Source of the DNA: Blastocladiella emersonii ATCC 22665
Taxonomy: Eukaryota > Fungi > Blastocladiomycota
DNA: 64,000 bases
Direction: 5' to 3'
NCBI GenBank assembly: GCA_025594325.1
Contig: JANHCV010000005.1
Coordinates: 124,001-188,000, forward strand
Part shown: one piece after another, positions 1 to 11,054 of the stretch
Numbering within the stretch: position 1 is the first letter of the stretch
Layout: every line of letters starts with the position of its first letter
Program-made: the position numbers and the translations under genes
Notes under the pieces: generated by a model
Seen by the model: only the letters and a program-made list of their open reading frames with translations
What the model was told of the DNA's origin: nothing
Database searches by the model: none

Positions 1-512
1 GGTCCCCGCGTGGCCCAAGGTGCGCCGCGGCGCGACCCGGCTCGGGCGGCTGCTCGCGCACAGTCCGGCGCTCGGCGAGGAGAAGCTTGTCGAGCAGCTG
101 TGGTGCCTGCTCAAGTACGTTCCCGCGCGCACGCCCTCGCTGGGATGGCCACTCACTCCCGCGCCTCCAACGTAGCGACCCAACCCGCGCCGACCCGGCA
201 GACCTGCCCGACACCGGTGTCGCGCGCCACATCGAGCTCGGCCTGTCGTCCATCTTCGTCCCTGCGTCGTGCACCGCGACCGAGACCCCCGCCGACTACG
301 GCACCCGGTCCTCGACCATCGTTTTGGTGAGACCGCAGGGCGACACCGTGTACCTGGAGCGCGAGTGGACCGGCGCGCCGCCCGTGCGCGCGCCCAACTC
401 GGTGCTCGGCGACGTCGACCGGACCGACGTCGCGCGGCGCCGCGTCGACCAAGACGCGAATGTGGTCGAGTGGCGGTTCCAGATCACTGCCGCGCAGCAG
501 TCCCGTAGATAG
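1..512 (+). CDS. TANGO2/NRDE (DUF833) family protein, 3' part (gene begins before the window)
   Basis: ORF 87..512 contains LSSIFV and YGTRSSTIVLV...YLER, typical of the NRDE/TANGO2 C-terminus; stop TAG at 510-512. Confidence 0.8.
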   Translation, partial: SPRGPRCAAARPGSGGCSRTVRRSARRSLSSSCGACSSTFPRARPRWDGHSLPRLQRSDPTRADPADLPDTGVARHIELGLSSIFVPASCTATETPADYGTRSSTIVLVRPQGDTVYLEREWTGAPPVRAPNSVLGDVDRTDVARRRVDQDANVVEWRFQITAAQQSRR

Positions 513-556
513 ATCGTGTCTCGCAGAAGACGCACGCAGTCTGTATACATCCCCCT

Positions 557-2312
557 TCACCCGCGCTTGACGCGCAACACCCCGCTCTCCGCAATCTCGC
601 CGTCGATCGCGGTCCGCACCCACCCGTCCTTGGTCCCGCGCGCGCCCGTCCCCGTGCTCGTGCGCACCCACACCTTGCCGCGGCGGTGCGCGGCCTCGGC
701 CTCGTCGCCCGCCACCAGCTTGAGCTCGGCGTGCGTCAGGACCGCGCCGACCGTCGTCCACCCGTCGGTTTCCGGGTGCGCGATCACGCCCGCGCCCGCC
801 GTCATGCTCGTGCACCCGAGCACCGCGCGCGGGCCCCACGCGCGGACCACGCTGACGCCTGCGAGTGCCGCCCACGTCTCATCGTCGCTGTCGGTCCCCG
901 CGACGTCGTCCTCGTCGAGCAGGTAAACGACCTCGCGCAGCCACTCGCCCGTCGCCTTTCCGCGGAACGACTCGCCGAACGCGAGCCGCTGCAGCGGGAG
1001 CATTTCGGCGTACGTCGGCCGCACGCCCGCGCGGCGCACCGCGGACAGGTGCTGCCGCGCGTACGCCGACAGCGGCCACGTCAGCGACGCGAGGTGAGAC
1101 GTCGGGAGCGAGGCCAGGGATTGGGAGAGCGCGGAGCGGCCGGCAGAAGTCGAGGTCACGGCGAGGTGCGGCGCGCGCGAGGTCAGGAGCGCGGGCGAGA
1201 TGGGGTCGCGCGTCAGCAGGATCGACGGACCGCGCGAGAGGAGGCACATGAGGTAGATCGTCGACGACTAGACACCGCGGGGTTAGTCTGGGCGTCGCTG
1301 TGCACGAGAGCTTCGCAGCGTACCATGGTCGACTTCTCCGACCGCTCCACGAGCGTGAGATACCCCTGGCCCAGCTGATCCGCGCGCATCGTCGCCGCCG
1401 CCACGCCCGCAAGCGCAGCCAGCGCGTCGGCCGCAACAAAGTCGTTGACCCACTTGTCGCGCGGCGCGAGCGGCGTCGGCTCGCGCACGCCCGAGGCCGG
1501 CGCGGCCGCGGCGAGGGTCTCGAGGACCGAGACGGACGCGAACCCCGCGGGAACCGTCTCCGATTGCGGGATCACGACTGGGACGTGCTGCAGCGACGCG
1601 GCGGCGAGAACGGCGTGCGCCGAGGCCGGCGCGAGGATCACGGCGGGACGTTCCGAAGCGGTGGCGGCAAAGTACGCTACGAGCGCGGCGGGCGTGATGG
1701 GCTCGGCGGGGACGAGCTGCGACAGGCCGTACCCGATGCACGCTAGGTTCGCCAGCTCGGAGCCCAGCGTGCCGGGCGCGAGGAGGTTGAGGACGGGCGC
1801 GCGCGGCGTGGCGTCGTCGTTGTCGGTGTTGCCGACGAGGGCGCGGAGCGCCGAGCCGAGGTTCTTGACCTGCGTGTACAGCTCGTCTACGGATCGTAAG
1901 CCAGTCGTGTCGCGGTACCCTCAAGCGACGATCACGTACTGTAGGTCAGCGGCTTCCCAGCATCACCAACGACCTCGACCGTCTCGTTGGTCCCGGGCGT
2001 GCGGAGGTGGTGCGAGACCACGTCCCAGAGCGACGTGCGGTCCGTGAACCCCTGCGGGACGCCGGGCTCGGCCCACGGCGCATACACCAACGGTGCGTCG
2101 TGCGGCGCGGCCACGGACCGGTACACGGCCGTCTCGCCGACGTTGCGCGTCGCCGCGGGTACCGCCTGGCGCAGGAGGCGCCGCACGCGGAACGCGACCG
2201 CGTCCGTGTCGGGCGACGTCGTCGGGCCGAACGCCCACAGGAAGCCCAGTGCGCCAGCGAGGAAGAGCGTCGATTCGTTGCCGCCGATCAGGTCCAGCAT
2301 GGTTGGTTGCAT
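557..2312 (-). CDS. Divergent long-chain acyl-CoA synthetase-like (AMP-binding fold) protein, spliced, probably catalytically inactive
   Basis: Hydrophobic N-terminus; VYRSV..APL; spliced TYNELYTQVKNLGSAL; C-terminal TVGAVLTHAELKLV...GKVWVR...DGWVRTAIDGEIAESGVLRV resembles the ACSL VG..E.KL / GE..VRG / DGW..TGD.G motifs. Introns near 1893-1941 and ~1250-1320. Confidence 0.6.
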
Positions 2313-2452
2313 TGGGTGTTTACAGGGCAGGGAGAGAGAGGGAAGGGCGCGGGTCGCGCTGAGAGTTTTGACCTTCGTCGCTCCCAGCTCAGGGGTCCCG
2401 ACGCGTGGCTCAAGTGCACCGTGTCCAATCCAAGCTTCCAAAGCCTCCACAT

Positions 2453-3753
2453 TTATTCGTCGAGGATGACAGCGTCGCCGGCCGCGACGAACGGCATGCG
2501 GAAGGCCTCGTAGATGCGCGTGGCCTTCTTCTCGCCGATGCCCGGACAGTTGGCGAGGTCGGTCACGGACGCCTTGACGATGGCCGCGAAGCTCTACGCG
2601 ATCGATGGGACGAGGGTGAGAGTCTGCGTGGTGTGAGAGCGAGGAATGGGAACGTACGCCAAACTGCGACGCGAGCGTGACCACGTCGGTGCGGTTGACG
2701 CCCTTGACCTGGGTCAGGGCCTCGGTGAGCTACAGGCCGATCATCAGTACGCGTCGCATCGCGGCAGCATCCACAAGAAGGCGTACGCGAGAGAGATAGT
2801 CCGTCTCCTGTCGGCCCATGAGCACCTCGGGCGGCTTGAACTCGATCGACTTGTAGATCTCGAGGTACCGCGCGCACTCCTCGTTGGACCACGCGAGGAG
2901 CAGCGTCAGGTTGCTGTCGATGCAGGTGCGCGTCAGCTCGCGGACCGACGACTGGTAGTCGGCCTAGCACCCGGTAGTGTCAGTTGCTTGACCTAATCTG
3001 CCACGAGTAAGGAGCACGAACCACGTCGACGAGCACGAGGAGGATGCGCAGGTCAAACGACCCGCTCATGCCGCGCAGCCGCTGCACGAGGTACTCTGGG
3101 TGCAATCGGTGGTACTGGATCGACAGGAACAGGGCGCCGGCGGTCGCGCCCAGCACGAAATCGGCCGGCGTGTCGCCAAACTCGAGCGGGACCGAGTGGA
3201 TCAGGCTCACGACCGGGTTCTTGCGCTGGCGCCCGTTGACGAGGATCGCGTTGCTCGACGCCGCCGTCGCCCGCGCCGACCCGGGAGCGGGGGCAGGAGG
3301 CGCGCCGGTCGGCAGCTCGGGCAGCTTGAACAGGTCCTCGCTCTGCAGCAGCTTGCGCTTGCGCACAAACTCGGCGCGCGCGTTCGGCGGACCGTTCCCG
3401 CCGGCGGGGCCAGCGGGTTCGGCGCCCGGGTAGAAGGCCGAGGGCGCGCCGTTGGCGCCGGCGATGGCGCGCTGCTGCCACGCCGGGCGCGGTTGGAAGC
3501 CCGGCCCAGCTCCCGCTGGACCACCAGCTACCGGCTGCTGCTGGGCAGGCGGCTGCGGCTGTGGTGGTGGCGGCTGGAAGGCGGGCTGCATCGGCGGAGG
3601 TGGCGGCGCGTCGGCGCGCGGCGCACCCCGCGGCGCATCGAGGACCGAGGCGGCCGATGGGACGACGAAGCGTCGGCGCGGCGGCGGCGCAGACCCGCCG
3701 GCATTCCCACTGCCGTTGCCTGAAGTTTCATGCGAGTTGGATGAAGGATTCAT
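2453..3753 (-). CDS. ERCC1: DNA excision repair protein ERCC1/Rad10 (multi-exon)
   Basis: ILVNGRQRKNPVV...ADFVLGATAGALFLSIQYHRLHPEYL...RILLVLVDV; later exons LLLAWSNEECARYLEIYK and the HhH motif LANCPGIGEKKATRI; TAA at 2453-2455. Confidence 0.95.
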
Positions 3754-3827
3754 GGTATATGGTTCATGGTTGAGAGGAGTTCATGTCACGGCACGCTCAG
3801 TGTTGACTCACAGCAGCCCGACCTGGC

Positions 3828-4280
3828 TCACGAAGCGGCCAGCGACGACTTGAGCGCGGCCACGGCCTCGTCGGGCGAGACGCCGGCGACCTCGACCGTC
3901 TTCTCGCGCGACTTGTGCCCGCGGACCAGGGCCACGTCCGACTTGCGCGCGCCGAGCACGCGGCCGACAAAGGCCACGACCTCGGCGTTGGCCTCGCCCT
4001 CGCGCGCAGGAGCCGCAATCTATCCACGGACTCGAGGGTCAGCAAGAAGCTTGGGCGGGTCGTCATTGCGCGAACGAACCTGTAGCTCGACGTGCGCGGC
4101 GCCCTCGGCCGCGGCCACGACGCGCGACTCTTTCGCGGCCGGCTTGACGCGGACGTGGACCAGCACGGCGCCGGGCGTCTTGGGGTGCGCCTGGACAGCC
4201 GGGAAGGTGGGCGGTGGTGGGACCGCCGCGGCCGCCGTCGCGCTCTGCGCCTTGCCCTTGGCCTTGCGCGCGGGAGGCAT
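3828..4280 (-). CDS. UPF0235/DUF167 (YggU/C15orf40-like) protein, 2 exons
   Basis: VHVRVKPAAKES...ELQ | IAAPAREGEANAEVVAFVGRVLGARKSDVALVRGHKSREKTVEV is the DUF167 signature. Confidence 0.9.
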
Positions 4281-4623
4281 CGGCACCGAAGCTCGGCTCA
4301 CAGCACGCGCCGTCGTCGTCGAGAAGAGTGCACCGAGTGTGCGCGTCCCACGGCCGGCCATGGGGGAGACATGATGCGGGTTGATAGATGATGCCACCCT
4401 GAACGGGTTCTCACGGGCGCACGTGGGCGGGCGCAGATGAACGGCGCGCTCCGTTCCCACGCCCCGCCACGGTCCCACGGTCATTTCGCTCACCGATCGC
4501 TGCCTCGAGCCGCCAAACGTCCTTGAAGCATACGAGCAAGGACGGGTATAAAGAGGCCCCGCCGCCCCGCCGACCCCCGCTCGTCCGAGCTTGGCTCGCC
4601 GTGACCGACCATCTACGAAGCAA

Positions 4624-7600
4624 ATGGCGCGCTCCTCCGGCCGCCGACCGCGCCCTGCGCGCGGGGCGCTCGCCCTCGCCGCCGTCGCCACGGTCGCCCT
4701 CGCCGCCCTCCTTGCCGCTTCGCCCGCCCTCGCCGCCACGGCGCCCAAGACGGGCTCGCCCACACCCGCGCCCACGGCCTCGAATGCCGCCCCCGCCGCC
4801 GCCCCGACCGAGCGCGAGCGCCGTAACCCCGTCCCTGGCACGACGCTCTCTCGCTGCAAGCATGTGTTGTCTGGTTGCTGACGCAGTCCTCTGCATCCCA
4901 CCTAGTTCCCAACGGTGGTGGCGGCGCGGTCAATCCGTGTTCGCTCACCTACATCAGCGTGGCCAGCGGCCTCCTCGCCTCGTGCACCACGCGAATGTGC
5001 GTCACCTACGGCATCTCGGGACCCCGCACCGTGTCGGGCCTCATTCTCCCCGTCTCGACCGCGGGCGTGGTCTCGGTGATCCCCACCTTCGTCTACTCGC
5101 GCCAAGGCTTTGGGGCGGTTACGACCGTGGTCACCAACTTTGCGCCGCCCGCTCCTACGGGCACCCTGACCATGCTGCACTCGACCGTGGCCATCGGAAA
5201 CCCAACGGTGCCTTTTACCTACTGCTTCACGGCACGCGCCGGCAACATGGCCGCCGCTCCCGGTACCATCTACCCGGTTGTCGACGGCGTAACGTACGTT
5301 TCTTCGCCACTGGCCGCTGTCACGGCAACTAACCGAAACCACTCCATAGCTGCACGCTCGCTGCCCGCACCCCCGTCATCAACGGAGGGACTTGCAACTC
5401 CGACTGCGTCGTCGCCACGCCGACCCCGACCTTTGACTGCCCCGCCGCCTGCGCCGCCGTCCAGGGCACCACCACCACCTCGCTCGGCTACACGACCACG
5501 GCCACCCGTACCCTCGTCACCCTTTTGCCCCAGACGGGCGCCGGCGCCGCCTGCCCGACCACGACGACGCCGTGCCCTTGCGCTCCGACGGCCTGCGTCA
5601 CGGGCGTCACGATCCAATCCACCACCACCGACATTGCGTGCTCGACGACCCAGGGCACCGTCACCACCAAGACGCTCAAGACCTTCGCCACCGTGGCCAC
5701 GTCGGCCCGCTTCGGCGGTACCTGCTCGCTAGGCGCCACCACCACCAACTTCGAGACCAAGTCGTGCCCGCCGCTGCCCACCAACTGCGTCCCGAACACG
5801 GCCATCCCGCCCGTCTTCGACTGCTCCTCGGCGTGCCGCGCCACCACCGCCTCGAACCCGACCCTCACCTCGTCCTACCCGTACACGGTCACCCCCGCCG
5901 CCAACGGCGGCAGCACCTGCTCCTCGGCCACCTCGACCTGCGCCTGCGCCAAGACAGACTGCGTCCTCGGCCCCGTCACCTCGCGCACCGACCCGATCGG
6001 CGCGACCTACGATTGCGCCACCGTCACGGCCACCACATCGTTTGTTTACGGCGCCGAGTACCGCACCACGCCCGTCCTCACGTCGGCCGCGCACGGCGGC
6101 TCCGCGTGCCCCATCACCACGGTCGCCACCTCGACGCTCTCGGCCTCGTGCGCGCCCGTCAACTGCGTCGTTGCCACGGTCACCCCGCTGGCGGACCGCT
6201 GCTCGACCGCCTGCTCGGCCCTCATCACCCCGCCGCCCGGCCCGCCCGCCGAGAATCGCGTCGCGCGTACCCTCACCCTCACGTTCAACGCCGACACCAC
6301 CCCGACGCCCGCCGCCCGCGGCGGGTCCGCGTGCCCGACCCTGACGGCGACCTGCGTCGCGCCGTGTGCGCCCTACAACTGCGTCCTCGGCGCGAACGCC
6401 GCGACCGAGGTGATTGGCCAGGAGGACTTCAGCTGCGCCACGGTCGAGGCCCCCGCCCCCGTCGAAACCACGTACCTGACGCGCCGCACCACCAGCGCCA
6501 TCCTCACCTCGGCCCATTTCGGCGGTACCTGCTCGTCGGTCGCCGAGACCAAGTATTCGACCTCGTGCGGCTCCGTTGACTGCACCCCGAGCGTCACGCC
6601 GACTCCGGCCACGGCCTGCGCCGACGCGTGCGCGGCCGACGAGACCGCGGTCGCCGATAACGCGGCGCCATACACGGCCACGCTCACAGTCAACTACCCG
6701 CCCCTCACGTCCGCCAACCGCGGCGGCGCCGCGTGCACGCCCGCCACGATTCCGTGCGACTCGGCGTGCTCGGCGGTTGATTGCACGCTGGGCGCGGCCA
6801 CCGCGTCCGAGACGTTCGGTCCCGCCACGTACGACTGCCAGGACTCGGACCTGGCAACGTCGACCACGTTCCGCGAGATCCGCAGCACCTACGCCATCGC
6901 CCGCTCGGCGCGCTACGGCGGCCGCGAGTGCACCACGGTCTCCAAGTTCCCGACCGCCACCGTGTGCCCGCCCGTCGACTGCACGCCCGAGGCCACGCCG
7001 ACCAATGAGCTGATCCCCGACGCCGAGTGCTCGGCCGCGTGCGAGGCCCACGCCACCGCCTACAACGACAACCTCGGCTTCACGCCGACGCTCTCCAAGT
7101 CGTACCCGAACACGGTCCGTGCGGCCGTCCGCGGCGGCAGCACCTGCCCGCTCGCGACGCGTACCTGCCCCGCGTGCGCTCCGACCAACTGCGTGGTGGA
7201 CCAGACGAGCGTTGTCGACGTGCAGGCCACGGGTCCCGCCGATTTCGATTGCGCGACCGTGGTTGCGACCGCCCCGGTCGAGACCACGTACCGCACCGCG
7301 ACGACCACCTTCGCCACGGCCCCGCCGCGGTTTGGCGGCTCGACTTGCTCGGACCACACGACCATTGTCAAGTCGTCGACCACCTGCTCGGCCGTCGACT
7401 GCGTCGGCTCGTACCCGACGGACCTCGCCGAGCGGTGCGCCGCGCGCTGCGTCGCGGACAATGCGCAGGAGGCCAACTACCAGCCCACGCTCACGCTCCC
7501 GTACGACGTGACGCTCACGCCGGCCAACCGCGGCGGCGTCGCATGCCCGACCTCGACCCACTACTGCCCGCAGTGCAACGCCGTCGACTGCGTCCTCGGC

Positions 7601-10153
7601 GCCGCCACGGCCTCGGCCACGTTCCGGTCCAACCCCGTCGACTGCAACACGCTCGCCGGGCCCGAGCCGCTCACCACCACGTGGTTCTCGGCCGAGACGA
7701 CGTACACGGTCGCGACGGGCCCGCGGAACGGCGGCACATGCGCGCCGACGAAGACGTCGACCGAGGTCGCGACGTGCACGGCCACGGACTGCGCCCCGAG
7801 CCCGATCGCGCCCGCGGCGTTTGACGCCGAGTGCGCGCGCAAGTGCGGCGTGCTCGCAACGGTGCTCCAGGACAACGCGGTCACGGCGCCGACGGCCACG
7901 CTCGAGCCGACGGTCGCGACCGCGGCCAACTTTGGCGGCAAGACGTGCACCGCGTCCGAGTCGGCGTGCCCGACGTGCGCGGGCATCGATTGCCAGCTCG
8001 GCACCGCCACGGTCATTGACTCGCCCATCTCGACCGACGGGCCGTCAACGTACGACTGCAAGACTGGCGACGCGGTCGTCACGCACGCGACGCTGTACGC
8101 GACGGTCGTCACGGCCACGCCCGCGCGGTTCGGCGGCAAGACGTGCGCGGGCAGCACCGTGTCCACGGGCACGCTGACCAAGGACTGCCGCCCGACGGAC
8201 TGCGTCGTCTCGGGCGACCCCGTGTTCGATTGTGCGGGTGCGTGCGCCGCGGCGACGGAGCTGGCCGAGTACGCGCCCGTCCTCGAGACCACGTACCCGA
8301 GCACGCCCACGGCCAAGGTCAACTCGGGCTCAGCGTGCCCCACGGCCAAGACCACGTGCCCGACGTGCGACCCCGTCGACTGCGCGCTCAGCGCCGACCC
8401 GTACGCCGAGACGACGCGCGACGTGCCGGTGCAGTGCGCGACGCTCTCGGGCTCGACGAGCGCCGCGACCAAGATCGCCAACAAGACGTACTCGGTCTCG
8501 CGCGCCGCCAAGCTCGGCGGCAAGGCGTGCGGCCCGACGACCTCGGTGTCGACGGTCGGGTACAAGACGTGCGGCTGCGACGCTGAGGTCGGCGACACGG
8601 CTACGCTCGCGACCAACTGCGCCCCGGCGTGCACGTACACGGCCAAGGTCCAGAGCGCCGACGGGTTCTACTACTCGGACGGCACCAAGGCGTGCACGAC
8701 GGCAACGCGCGACGGATGGTACGTTTTTCGACGGGTGCGGCCCGCTGGACTGGGACACTAATCCTGCCCCGCGCGCGGATTCGTAGCACGAGCATCAACC
8801 CGACGCCCTGCAGCTCGCAAATCCCCAAGACCGACTGCGTTCTCTCGGCGACGCCCTCGTGCCCCACGGTCACCTGCCCGACCGGCTCGCCGGTGGCCTC
8901 CACCACGAACATCAACTGCCAGTACTCGGTCCTGACGTCGGCGGCCAACGGCGGCGCCGCGTGCGGCGCAACGACCACGACCACGGACATTGCCCTGTAC
9001 CAGCTGTCGACCACGTCGTGCTCGGCGTCCACGATCAAGGCCTCGGCGACCACTGGCACGCTCGTCACCACGACGTGGTCGGGCAAGGTCGTGTCCACGT
9101 CGACCTACGTCGGCCCTACCTCCCTCGCCTGGTACGGCTTCATGACTCGCTGCTAGTGTTGACTCGCCGCTGACACCGACCCGGGAAATCTGTAGCACCA
9201 AGACGATTTCGAACACGGCCGAGCTCGCGTGCGAGACGACGGTGGTCTCAGCGGTCAAGGAGTCGTGCGCCTCGAACCCGCTTGGGACCAGCACCGACTT
9301 CAACGCCGTCTTCTACAACGCCTTCACGCAGTCGTCGGGCCGATCCGAGGGCCGCCTGGCCATTGGCGGCGCCGCGTCACTCACGGGCTACTCGATCGCC
9401 GACAGCGTCCCAGCGCTCGCGTGTGATGTGGCGGCACTCGTGGTCGGCGGCACGCTCAAGTTCCCGTCGGGCCGCGTCTACTCGGGCTCGATCCGCGTCG
9501 CGTCCAAGGCCGGCTCGTCGGTCGGCGACCCGGTCCTCACGGGTCTGCAGGGCTGCGCGACGTACGGGCTCGCCTCGCCGACCATCGCGTCCGTGTTCGA
9601 CTTTGACGCGCACCGCACCGCCATGGTCGCGCTCGCCAACAAGCTGACGTCGCTGCCCGCGACGCTCGAGATCGCGGCGTCGCCCGCGTGGGGCGCGCGC
9701 GTGGTCGTGCGCAAGGCGCAGCCGGCGGCGGGCGACAGCTTTGAGGTGCTGCCCATCGCCAAGCCGTCGGCGGGGTCGACGGACGTGCCCGAGATCAACT
9801 GGGACTCGGTGCTCGCGCTGGTTGGCACGTCGCGCACGCTCATCGTCAACCTCGACGCGGGCGTCACGGTCCGCGGCAACGACTACACCAAGCTCGTCAA
9901 CTCCGGGATCCCCGTCGTGTGGAACTTTGGGGCCACGGTCACCACGGCCGAGATCAAGTGGGTCACGCTGCCCGGGTTCGTGCTCGCGCCCGGCGCCAAG
10001 GTTTTGGGGTCCGGTACCGTCAACGGGTTCGTCGTCGCCAAGAACCTCGACGGCGCTGCTACGCTCTCGTTCGCACTCGCCAAGGGCGCCATGGGCAAGC
10101 TGTGTGTCCCGCCGGCGGGCCCCGCGGGTCCAACCACGGTCACCCTCGCTTGA
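4624..10153 (+). CDS. Giant (~1,750 aa) secreted Cys/Thr-rich protein: TSP1/spondin-like tandem repeats plus C-terminal choice-of-anchor-A-like domain (putative adhesin or wall protein)
   Basis: Signal peptide (ALALAAVATVALAALLAASPALA); introns at about 4820/4855-4903, 5295-5350, 8717-8787 and 9131-9195 join the ORFs in frame; recurring DC...C...T...A.(N/R/H/F)GG..C units; C-terminal DFNAVFYNAF...SEGRLAIGG...LIVNL...VVWNF...GFVLAPGA domain. Confidence 0.8.
5350..9000 (+). repeat. Intragenic degenerate protein repeats: ~17-19 units of ~65-75 aa alternating between two subtypes
   Basis: Motifs INGGTC, RFGGTC, ANGGSTC, AHGGSAC, ARGGSAC, HFGGTC, NRGGAAC, RYGGREC, VRGGSTC, RFGGSTC, NRGGVAC, RNGGTC, NFGGKTC, RFGGKTC, NSGSAC, KLGGKAC and ANGGAAC recur, each followed by a (V/T)(D/N)C. 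Confidence 0.85.
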
Positions 10154-10719
10154 TAACACTCGCCGCTCCTCCGCGTGGCCGTGCGGCCACCCAGTTTTGC
10201 ATATCCTACCACCTGTATTTCACGCTCGCCTCTATTCCAGCACACGTAATTGAACAATTTTATTTGCGATCTGCCGCCTCGTCTTGTGTTAACTCCGAGT
10301 AGCGGGACCAAGCTCTGCGCCAACCTTGTCGCAGCAAGTCCCGATGTTCACGCGCGCGAGACATCCCTGTGCTCGGCAGCTACAGATGTGGCGCGGCGCG
10401 TCCTGCTATTCAAGCCGCCGCAGGTTTCGACTGGGCGAGCGATTCCTTCGCCATGGCAGCAAGGACGCGGGCAAGCATTCTGGGTGCAGCCTCGACTCTG
10501 CTCCTTGCTCCGCATGTGGCCTGTGCAGCAAGATTACAGGGCGAGATGTGCAGGAAACGAACGATTTCGTGCGCACGCAATTGCGAGGTGCGAGACGCGT
10601 TGATTTATCACGTGTCGGGCACGGGCTGTGAGACAGCCTGCGAGGCAGCGCCGGCAGGGGGGCCTGGCGCCGGATCACCCAAGCGCCGACTTCACTCCCA
10701 CGCCCTCCTTGCCCACACC

Positions 10720-10810
10720 CATGATAGACCGGATGAAGCATATGCAAATGCCGCCGGTCGCGCTGCGTATCCCGGAGATCGTGGAGCGAGTGCTCTGCTT
10801 CGCGGTCTGA
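10720..10810 (+). pseudogene. Possible F-box-like gene fragment
   Basis: MQMPPVALRIPEIVERVLCFAV* resembles the 'AL.IPEI...IL' start of fungal F-box-like proteins; it is truncated and lies in a lower-GC intergenic stretch. Confidence 0.25.
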
Positions 10811-11054
10811 AGAAGGGAAGCGAGAGTGGACTAAAACGCATGTGCCATGACACAGCGATCACTCCAACTCGGTCCAGTAGCTTGACCGCGCCGCTGGTTT
10901 TCCCATTGCGTTGGGCTCATCTGCGTCGGGTCTTTCAGGCCGCGAGACGCGTTCGTTTATCACGTGAGGCGTGAGACACTTTGGTTTATGGTGCCCAATC
11001 AGGTCATGGTTTGCAACATGTCTCAGAAATGAATGTTTCCTCGTTTATTGCTAT

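Noticed and set aside
5350-9000. Periodic repeats as a CRISPR array or satellite
   Set aside because: The repeats are degenerate at the DNA level and conserved only as Cys-patterned protein units in one reading frame; there is no identical direct repeat with unique spacers.
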